In this document: piece after piece, positions 24,904-33,011 of the stretch
Position numbering within the stretch: position 1 is the first letter of the stretch
Layout of the letters: every line of letters starts with the position of its first letter
NCBI GenBank assembly: GCA_010015585.1
Contig: ML975149.1
DNA: 33,011 nucleotides
DNA from: Eremomyces bilateralis CBS 781.70
Lineage: Eukaryota
Direction: 5' to 3' (one strand)
The notes under the pieces: generated by a model
The model's database searches: none
The model's input: only the letters and a program-made list of their open reading frames with translations
Told to the model about the DNA's origin: nothing
Translations under genes and position numbers: made by a program

Positions 24904-27900
24904 CTATCCCTGGTAACCGTAGCCCGGCTGCCCTTGCGGCCTCAAATAAGGTGACCGCTGCGCCTGCCCAAAGCCTTGGTTCGTCATCCCCAAGTGCTGC
25001 TGTGCGTTCCAGACGGGCCCCGGGCCCGAGCTCGCCTGGCCATAGAATGAAGCGGACTGCGCCATGCCAGTCATGTCGCCCATCTCATCCGTGTAACCAC
25101 CCGTCGCGTCGACCGGAATCGGCGATGAGAACATCTGCTGCGCCTGCTGGGCAGCAGGTGTCGATGATCCGTACCCACCCACACCATAGCCGACCGTCTC
25201 CTCGGGTGGGGAGAGGGTGAGCTCGCTCATTTCGCCGCCGTTGGGTTGGCACATGGGCATTTGAAGACCCGGGTAGGTGCTGTAAGTGCTTGGAGAGGGT
25301 GACGTGGTGAATTGGAAGTTGCTCGGTTGCGGTAAGGGAGAAGCGGAATTCCGGTACGTGTTAAGTGGTTGTTGAGGGGGAGGGTAGGTGTGCATGACCT
25401 GGAAGTTGCTCGCCGACGAGCTGCGGGACATTGGGTTCGAGTATGCAGATGGGTCGAGCGAGATGTTCGTGAGAGGTTCTTCGTACTGAATGGCTCCTGG
25501 CTCATCGTAGAGGAATGTAGGAAGATCTCGTGGAACTGGGGTAGCTTTGAGGCTAGCATTGGATGCGGTAGGTGTTCGTCCTGAAAGGTGTTGCGCCATC
25601 GCGCGTGGTGCAGGTCCATCGATAGGGCTGACTATTGTATTGATATCAACCTCTTTCGCCTCAATGAGCGGCAAAATCGGCATGCTGATCTGCTCCATGT
25701 GCTTCGCGAGATGAACCGTGAGCTTCTTCCACGTATTGCAGATGTTTCCGCAAAATCGACACGCTTCTTCTCTCGGCAGTTTCGCGGTATCATGTCGGCA
25801 TTTTTCTACTAGAGCCCAAATGTCGTCCGTAGGATCTTCTGCGCTCGGCCACGCACCGTTGAACTCGGGTCCAACAGCCGGCGAACGAGCACCGGATCCA
25901 CCATTTCGCCCAGTGCGGACCTTTGGTTCAGGCACTTTATGCTCGCGGACGAGATGCTGGACGAAATTGTCCTTCCGGTAGCAAGTATGCGCGCATTCGC
26001 CGATGTTGCATGTCCAGCTTTCCAACTGCCTGTGCCGTTCGTTTTCGTGCCTCACCCAATCTGCCTTGCGCTTGAATGATTTTGGCTCCGAGCAGTTCGG
26101 GAACGTGCAAGTGAACGGCTGCACATCTTCGTGGACATGTTTGGTCCAGTCGGACGGCTTGTTGGATTTTTTTACCTTGAAACAGAGCGGGCATTCGAAT
26201 TCAGCCGGAAGTCGCTTGACGGGCGGAATCGGGACGCCGGACGGAAATTGAGCGGCGATGATTGTGCCTTCGCTGGTGACCTCGATATCCTCCTCCGTCA
26301 TTCCAGGAGCCATGATCTGGAATCCGACGAAAGGAGTTTCCGAGTCCTTATTGCCAACTCGTGGAGGAAGCAGCTTCGATTCACCACCAAGTGCAAAGCA
26401 ATACGGGTGGGCAGCACATTTGCCTTTCTGGACAGCTTTGTGATGCTTGACCTTGAAATCCAGCAGTCTCTTATAACGCTTGACCTGCTCGGATGCGATC
26501 CGCTCCAACAAATACTCTGCCAACCTCGGGTTGAGCTTCCGAGCATGTTCCTTGAAGCCAGCGAAATTCGGAACAATTGGATCAAGCCTGATAGCGAGGT
26601 CCATGAAAACGGGATCTTTCGCTTGATCCCCTTCATTCTCGCTATCCTCGTCATCTGCGTTGGCCATCGGTTGCGTTGAAGACCGACGAACACCAAGTCC
26701 AACCTCATTTGCAGGAGATGCAAGAGTGACAAGCGGTGGCCCTCCATGCTGCGTCATCAATTCTGCCAGGCCTGGAGATTTACCAAGATCGCTCTTGCTC
26801 CTGTTCCGCCGGATTGCATTCTTCGCCGACCGCCACGGAGTGGATGAATGACCTGCGGCGCTGCCAGGCGTGAGTTCGTTCTTCGCAACTGTTAGGTTGG
26901 TGTCCAGCTTCGGCGACTTCGGCCGTCCCCAGCTGCCAATCCTCTTCGGAGCTGATAATTTCTCCGGTTCATTTGGCGTTGGAGATGCTGGGTCTTTCAG
27001 TGGTTGCTTGTCAACAGTGCTATTCTTCCGCTTCAGGACATTGCTGTTGTTCCGCTTCGGGAGGATGTTCTCAAGGAAACTTCCGCGCCGTTCTCGCTTG
27101 GTTGATTTCATTTTGTCAGTTGATGTTCGGGCTGGCTTGGAGATGACTCCTGATGCAGCGTATATGCTTCCAATGTCGGACTCGCTCATCCTCCGGGAGC
27201 CAATAGTTGCCGCGAGAGATGCAGATTCGATATCCTTTGCGCGTCGCCTGAATCTCATCATAGCCGCGTTGGATGTCGGAGGTTGGTATGGTACTTCCTC
27301 TTCCTGCAGATTCAGAGCATCACCCCAAGGCTTCATCACCTGCGATGGCGGCCTCTCCGCGATGGCAAATGCAACGTCATCCTTGATAGATGCGAGGTCT
27401 GCCGCAGGAGATTCGGGTTCCTCATCAGACTCTGAGTAATCTTCCGCATCATCAAGCTCGCTTGGAACGTCTAGGTAGACGCCTGGCCCAGGAATGCCAT
27501 CATCAACTCTGCGACCGGGGAACAAAGTCATCCCTAAACCGTTGCTGGACGGCGCATCGTTTGTACTCTTCGCACGTCGTCGTCCGGCGATTCTCCTCCT
27601 GGTGGCCTTGGGCGATAGTGGGTTAGGATCGCCTGCTTCGCTGCCCACATCGCTGCGATCGAGCCAGTCCTCCACTTCGGCCTTCTTCTCATCCATCGCC
27701 CGTCTCAATTCCTGCTCCTCGATCGACGGAACATAAAGGTTGCGCATTTCCTTGCGGGTTTTCGGGTTGAGGCCGCCTTGGCGAGAGCCATCATCTACCA
27801 CCCACGATCCGTCGTCCTCGTTTCTTTTGACTGCCCGAACTTGGGTAGCGGCTGGCTCATCCTCGGACGACGAGTCGTCTGACTCGTCATCTTCCTCCAC

Positions 27901-28716
27901 AGGGAAATGCGGAGAGAGGTGAAGGTTCGACCGTTTACCCCCTGCGCTCCGCTTGCTGTGGGTTCTATTTAACAAGGATTGGGGTTGCGATTCGTCTCCG
28001 CTGAAATCCACCGTCTCCACCCTCACAATCGGACTGATCAATTGCACAGGAGGTTGTGAGACACCAACAGAGCTTGCCGACGGGCTGTTGGAAAATGATG
28101 AGCTATAGGCCTGATGGTCGGGGGATGTTTTGGACATGTCGAGGCGATTGATCGCTTTGTTAAGAAGACCTGGCCCTCTTTTCTCGGCTTGTGCAGGCGA
28201 CACAAACTGTCCTGCATCTTGAAACGGTGCAGGACTGGAGTAATTCGTGAGACTCGGTGAAATGTGGTGAGATTCCGATGGTGCACTGGACGCAAATTGT
28301 CCGGTCACATCCGCAAATGCTGTGGCCATGGTCGAGTCCTGAGTTCCAAAAGTTGTTTGAAGTTCTGGGGGTACTCCTTCGTTGAGGTTGAGGAGCTGCA
28401 TATTCAGGTATTGGTCCTCCAATCTGGGTGTATTATATTGGCTGTAATCTGAGAATTGTTGGTCCGAGAGGTAGGTTTCGGGGCTCAAATGGTCGTGGGC
28501 AGATCCAATTGAAGGGGAAAGGTTGCTCCCCAATATCGTCCCGGGTGAATATACCGAGCCATCCACATCCTGCAAGTAGTTTGCTGATTGATCTGGAAAC
28601 GCGCCCGGTTCGACACTCACGTTGGGAACCATAAGTGAGATATTTGAGTTGGCCGCTTGGCCCTGGTAGTCATACGATGAGCTACCGCTCTGTCGGCGAT
28701 TGTGATTATTTGCCAT
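24904..28716 (-). CDS. Large intronless C2H2 zinc-finger protein (putative transcription factor), ~1270 aa
   Basis: First ATG of the long ORF is at 28716 (MANNHNRR). Long low-complexity N-terminus, then FECPLCF...DWTKHVHED, PFTCTFPNC...DWVRHENERH, WTCNIGEC...FVQHLVREH, CRFC...HLAKH, and a Q/P/S-rich tail. Confidence 0.88.
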   Translation of the reverse strand: MANNHNRRQSGSSSYDYQGQAANSNISLMVPNVSVEPGAFPDQSANYLQDVDGSVYSPGTILGSNLSPSIGSAHDHLSPETYLSDQQFSDYSQYNTPRLEDQYLNMQLLNLNEGVPPELQTTFGTQDSTMATAFADVTGQFASSAPSESHHISPSLTNYSSPAPFQDAGQFVSPAQAEKRGPGLLNKAINRLDMSKTSPDHQAYSSSFSNSPSASSVGVSQPPVQLISPIVRVETVDFSGDESQPQSLLNRTHSKRSAGGKRSNLHLSPHFPVEEDDESDDSSSEDEPAATQVRAVKRNEDDGSWVVDDGSRQGGLNPKTRKEMRNLYVPSIEEQELRRAMDEKKAEVEDWLDRSDVGSEAGDPNPLSPKATRRRIAGRRRAKSTNDAPSSNGLGMTLFPGRRVDDGIPGPGVYLDVPSELDDAEDYSESDEEPESPAADLASIKDDVAFAIAERPPSQVMKPWGDALNLQEEEVPYQPPTSNAAMMRFRRRAKDIESASLAATIGSRRMSESDIGSIYAASGVISKPARTSTDKMKSTKRERRGSFLENILPKRNNSNVLKRKNSTVDKQPLKDPASPTPNEPEKLSAPKRIGSWGRPKSPKLDTNLTVAKNELTPGSAAGHSSTPWRSAKNAIRRNRSKSDLGKSPGLAELMTQHGGPPLVTLASPANEVGLGVRRSSTQPMANADDEDSENEGDQAKDPVFMDLAIRLDPIVPNFAGFKEHARKLNPRLAEYLLERIASEQVKRYKRLLDFKVKHHKAVQKGKCAAHPYCFALGGESKLLPPRVGNKDSETPFVGFQIMAPGMTEEDIEVTSEGTIIAAQFPSGVPIPPVKRLPAEFECPLCFKVKKSNKPSDWTKHVHEDVQPFTCTFPNCSEPKSFKRKADWVRHENERHRQLESWTCNIGECAHTCYRKDNFVQHLVREHKVPEPKVRTGRNGGSGARSPAVGPEFNGAWPSAEDPTDDIWALVEKCRHDTAKLPREEACRFCGNICNTWKKLTVHLAKHMEQISMPILPLIEAKEVDINTIVSPIDGPAPRAMAQHLSGRTPTASNASLKATPVPRDLPTFLYDEPGAIQYEEPLTNISLDPSAYSNPMSRSSSASNFQVMHTYPPPQQPLNTYRNSASPLPQPSNFQFTTSPSPSTYSTYPGLQMPMCQPNGGEMSELTLSPPEETVGYGVGGYGSSTPAAQQAQQMFSSPIPVDATGGYTDEMGDMTGMAQSASFYGQASSGPGPVWNAQQHLGMTNQGFGQAQRSPYLRPQGQPGYGYQG

Positions 28717-31240
28717 CGCCTGAGACGATGTTGTTGAACTATACGACTGCTGTCGCTTTTGACGCGTGTTGTTCTTGCGGCGAAGTTGCAGAGTTAATAT
28801 AGTCGAGGTGTCCCCTTGCCAGCGAAGCGCGGAATATGTGCCGAGCTCGTCGTCCCGGCAAATTAATCCACTGGCCAGATAGAGATGGTACTCTCGGATG
28901 GCGAGATAAATAGGCAACCCTCATGGGAATCTTGCACCAAATTTCGAGCGAGGAATAGGTTCGCGATGAGTCCGAGGATGAACCCAAATGAAATGCGGGA
29001 TGTGGAAACGGGATGTCGAGGTGAGGGTCCGAATTAGCGCTGTGCTCCCTCAAAGCAAGTTACACCTGGCACTATTCCCGGCCAAATGAAGCAAATCGAA
29101 CAATAGGAATATTAAATCGCAAAATATGTTGAAGATTTCCTCAATTGCAAGTTGGAGAATATTTCCCAAGGACGTAAAGATCGAATGACGTCCACGCGGG
29201 ACAGACGCGGGAACGCGATCCTTTGACTGCTGGAACCGGGGGGAGGCCGACTCGATGATCGGCCTCTAAGCCTCAACGTTACCCGGTTCTTTGAGACCGA
29301 TTGACTATGATAGGCTGGTGAGAGTGCATTCATACCACAGTGGCGCGCTCTGGAGGAAATTTGGGTCGCTAAGAACGGAGTTCTCGTTATGAAGTGTGGT
29401 GATTCTGCCGGGGCATGGGAACCAGGTGTATGGAAGTGCCTGACTGAGCGAGCGATGTCAAGGTACGAGGCTGGAACTCAGATGTCGGCATGTAAGGCGG
29501 AATTAGGTGACAAAAAGTCCATGAGAATAAGGGCACAGGCCTCTTGAAATCATACGTTCGAATAATTGCTGTGGAGCTTAGTTCGAGGTCTATCCTTCGA
29601 TGCTGTGAAGATGAGACGTCGAGATGCGAGGCAGATCTCAAATACAGGCCAAATTGCTGTGACTGGAGGCTGTGCTAATCGCCCAGGCAGGCATCAAGCT
29701 GCATCATTCCGACCATTGAGAGCAACCTGTGGCGGAGCATCACCCATGTTCATCATTTCCGTGGTGCCTTGGTCTGGGGAATATGCTTCTCTTTAGTCAG
29801 TGGTATCAAAACTTCAGAGCATCGGCCTTTCTTGGTTTTCCCTGTGATCTCAGTGGTGCTATTGTGAATAACCTTGGCCGGACCATGACGCCGGTGTAAA
29901 TCCCGTTAGCTTTCCCTAGCTAATCAGTAGCGTCCCACGCCGTGTGGAATATTCGTCGGGTATCCCTCCATGATTCGGCTGTAAGGACTTGAAGCTGTTC
30001 CATAGCCAATGATGTGAACAGAACGCCGAAATGCCAGGAACCGCATGTCCTGCAGGTCCAATTTCGCCGTCTTAAAAGCAGCGCGAATAGACTCCTGCAT
30101 TCTCCACGGACCACGGCAGCTTTCAATTCTCTTCACCTTGGATGTGCCTTACCGAGGACCCTAGCATGTTGATATTCCGGCTCTGGATGGACCTTGGGTT
30201 AGCTCTCGCGAGACGGTAGTACTCGAATCAGTTTCTCGTCAACACTGCATTTCATTTGGATATGCCCAAGATAAGCAGGGACCCAACAAGGCGGACTTGA
30301 ACGGCTTGAAACCAAAACCTACTTTCAATGCCCATCGCGGGATTCTCTCTTGCTTGGTTGCCAGTTCATATTCGGCTCAGCGTTTGATGCTGCGCCTCTT
30401 CAGTATGGGTGTGTTTCCTTCCTCAAAAGGAAAGGTATCTCATACGGAGTACATCAATGGCGATGCTGTGATAGTTTGTCCGTCCATGCTTCGGCGATTC
30501 CGAACTATTGTTCATCTTGCATTGAGCGGTTATTTCCAGATACGATAAGTTAACGGACTATCAGTCCGACATTCGAACCATGAGTTTTCGTCCTGCAACA
30601 TGATCAGCTCTGGGAGACTACAGTGGGGCCCAACGGCTACGCCTCAGTCCAATCCTTGTCTGGCCATCGCAGGGCACGATGATTGATGAATGATACGACC
30701 TCTCAGAATACGATTCCAGCTGTTTGAATGCCCTAACTGATGCTTTCAGACCAAGGCAATATGTATAGACCATGAATAAAGTGGAAGGACGGCTTGTGAA
30801 GAACTCGAGTATTATTATGACTGCAGATTCCATGCACATCTATAGCTATTAATAGATGCTCGAAGAGCCGCAAAATCTGGTCCACGATATTTGAGCTACC
30901 CATGTCGCACCTTTGATTTCACGTGGTACTTCTACCAGTCTTCCGCGACCTTACCAACTGCTCCTAATTATCGAGTATTAATTGTACTAGGGATCCGATT
31001 ATCCTTTCTACGATCTTGTCACACACAGCCACCGTGAGAATAGGCACAGAAACGAATCAATTTGTGCTATGAGAAAGCTAGAACTTTGGAACTCAATCCC
31101 ATGTTTTTGGAATAGAATCGGCATCAGCGCCGTACACCCTGTCAAGAGTGCCCCCACCGATCTACCCTTCCTTTGGACTGTTTCTGAGAATGCAGACCAC
31201 GACCAGCCATCCTCTCGATTGGCGACTTCGATGCCGCTAT

Positions 31241-32421
31241 TCAACGTCTCAGAATCCTGATGGCGGCTTCCCGATCCAAAATCATCTTTTGCAATGCCTT
31301 CCGACGTTCTCGCGTGTATGATGACTCCCCAGCAATCGTATCCAACGCATCCGAGTCTAGGTTAATCACCCACTCCTAGCTGAACACGTCGAGAGGGGTT
31401 TTAGGGCCTGTAAGCAAATGGTGATCCACAGCTTGGGAATAGACAATTAGACATTGTCGACAAATCGCTTTCGCGCAACCTTGTAGTAGGTGGAGAGAAT
31501 ATCGTGAAGCTCTTCTTTAGTGTGCTCCAAGTTGCTCTTGGTGGTGGTAGCCTCGATCTCTTTGATGCGGTCGAAGGAGTCTTTCAGAGGAGCCCAAACC
31601 CCCTCTATGGTGAGATATAGGTCCAAAGCCTTAGATGTACTACGTAGGGGTTGCGCCATCTGACCACTACGGGCCTTTTGGAGGTTCTCGTTTAAGTCGT
31701 GGTTTACCATGTAAGGGGTCTTCCCCGTTCGATAGAGACCAGGAACATGGCGTGGTCCATCGCAGTCCTGTACCGGTCAAGAACCAACTCCAGAATGTGT
31801 GATTAGAGCTCAGATCGGACAAGCTCGTTAACTACTACAAAGCTAATTTAATGATGTTACCATGAAGCGATGGACAACCACTATGAAGCGACTCATGTAG
31901 TTCTGTGTCATTTCGGGCCATTTGCTGGACTGCTGCTTGAATGCAATGGAAAGGATAGTAGTGTTCAAACTTCCTAGCTCTATACTACCTGACTGAATAT
32001 ACAGTATCTTCACTCATTCCATGATGCTCTCTCAGGGGTCCTCAAGATCACTGCTCTTCGAAATGATGTTGTCCAGGTCACGGAAGGCATCGAAGTCAAT
32101 ATCGAATGACATATTTCAGATAGGTATGTCTTGGGCTGAAGGTAGGGTTTCAGAGCCCTGTGTGGGCTTTTCGGAACCCTTTTCGGTAGCCTTCTCAGCG
32201 GGTGTTTGATCGGGCGTTTCAGTTTCATTTTTGTCATTTTGAACATCGTTTGTACTGCCGGATTTTGCGCGTTCGCGAGTATCGAACCGACATAGGTGTG
32301 CCTTTTGATGAAATTGATGGCTGAAATTATTGGCGAGATTTACAGCATGAGTGACCAATCTGAGTTCGTGGTTCGCTCCCAAAATGCTGTCAGAATAACG
32401 AGCTGTTAGAGCTGCTTGCAC
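31241..32421 (-). pseudogene. Dynamin/Mx-like large GTPase pseudogene; only stalk/middle and GED regions are present
   Basis: Fragments ELGSLNTTILSIAFKQQSSKW, YMSRFIVVVHRFM, RYRTAMDHAMFLVSIER, PYMVNHDLNENLQKAR, HDILSTYYKVARKRFVDNV, QAVDHHLLTGPKTPLDVFS*EWV, LDTIAGES...RERRKAL. Stops at 32116, 32032, 32014, 31843, 31803 and 31376; frameshifts near 31830, 31725 and 31447. Confidence 0.85.
31439..31454. mobile_element. hAT-type excision footprint: 8-bp target duplication with both junction bases complemented
   Basis: ATAGACA[A][T]TAGACAT from inferred target ATAGACAT. Collapsing it to one copy restores RFVDNVYSQAVDH in the dynamin frame. Confidence 0.72.
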
Positions 32422-32690
32422 TTTTAGGGGAATCAGCTTTAAAGCATGGGATGTTTATTGAAGACAAGTTGACTTACTTGGGAAGCGGTACGCATTGCCT
32501 GACGTTCATTTTCCGTAGTTTGTCAGTCTTCTGTAAGAGACTTGCACTTTGTCAAGTGCCCTTCATTAACCATCATGAGGGCAGATAGTGTGAGGGAAGC
32601 AGGTGGGAATTGAAGAATCATGATGAATATCAAGAAGAAGTTAAACAACAAAACAAAGAGCTTGGGAAATGTAGGGAGTAGGGCTGGACA

Positions 32691-32820
32691 CGAATATTCG
32701 ATTACGAATATTCGTACGAATATTCGTAGTCGAATACGAATAAAATTTAGAATTTCCGCTTACTAATATTCGTACGAATAATATTCGCATTATTCGTAAT
32801 TATTCGTAATTATTCGTAAA
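32691..32820. repeat. Subterminal repeat array of the hAT element: 14 CGAATA/TATTCG hexamers
   Basis: Includes the perfect 26-bp palindrome TACGAATATTCGTACGAATATTCGTA (32703-32728) and TATTCGTAAT x2 plus TATTCGTAAA (32791-32820). Confidence 0.9.
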
Positions 32821-32829
32821 TCTCTGAAG

Positions 32830-33011
32830 CTATTTCCATGTATCTCGCAGCATCATAAGACGCCTCATAGTCTCTGCACTCATTGAGCTCCTCCGCACTC
32901 CTAAGAGATCTCTTCCCCCACTGAACAGTCTTTCGACTGATACCCCAGATGCTGGTATAGCCAAATAATCTCTGGCAGCTGCAGCCATACGTGGGTACTC
33001 ATGGTAATGAG
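32830..33011 (-). CDS. hAT transposase C-terminal dimerisation domain (partial)
   Basis: HYHEYPRMAAAARDYLAIPASGVSVERLFSGGRDLLGVRRSSMSAETMRRLMMLRDTWK*, containing the hAT motif IPASxxxxERxFS with the catalytic Glu. Stop TAG at 32832-32830. Confidence 0.92.
   Translation of the reverse strand, partial: HYHEYPRMAAAARDYLAIPASGVSVERLFSGGRDLLGVRRSSMSAETMRRLMMLRDTWK

Larger units (their letters stand above)
32679..33011 (-). mobile_element. 3' end of a hAT (Ac-like) DNA transposon; continues beyond window end
   Basis: Terminus TAGGGCTGGACACGAATATTCG at 32679, dense subterminal repeats, then a transposase C-terminus. Candidate 8-bp TSD GTAGGGAG at 32671-32678. Only one end is visible. Confidence 0.85.

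Noticed and set aside
28717..28917. ORF-track start giving a 1337-aa protein
   Set aside because: It begins at TTG; the first in-frame ATG is 28716. Kept only as a speculative extension.
29100..31240. Short ORFs upstream of the large zinc-finger gene; possible Starship or other large-element cargo
   Set aside because: Translations are unrecognisable, and no tyrosine-recombinase captain or element boundary is visible in the window.
32691..32820. Repeat array resembling a CRISPR or iteron array
   Set aside because: Units are 6-12 bp with no unique spacers, the genome is eukaryotic, and the array lies between a hAT terminus and its transposase.

Overview
Eukaryotic DNA from a filamentous ascomycete (Pezizomycotina; short spliceosomal introns with GT-AG ends and CTAAC/CTGAC branch sites; exact taxon not determinable). 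Bases 1-17.5 kb are a dense block of mostly conserved genes: cft1/CPSF160 (partial), an LMBR1/LMBD1-type membrane protein, a 100-aa membrane-anchored protein, a Ca2+/calmodulin-dependent kinase with a GC-AG intron, a tandem-bromodomain Rsc4-like protein, a hypothetical protein, and a divergent ATP3/TOP1 pair. The right half is more accessory: a decayed MFS transporter, two tandem related C2H2 zinc-finger genes, a decayed dynamin/Mx-like gene lacking its GTPase domain, and the 3' end of an apparently intact hAT transposon at the window edge. I find no clearly new multi-gene system. The strongest unexpected signal is a textbook hAT excision footprint inside the dynamin pseudogene, 1.2 kb from the resident hAT element and with the same target pattern. 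Also notable are repeated C-rich to G-rich skew domains that cross exons, introns and UTRs. Exon models were built by hand; all complete ones give lengths divisible by three.
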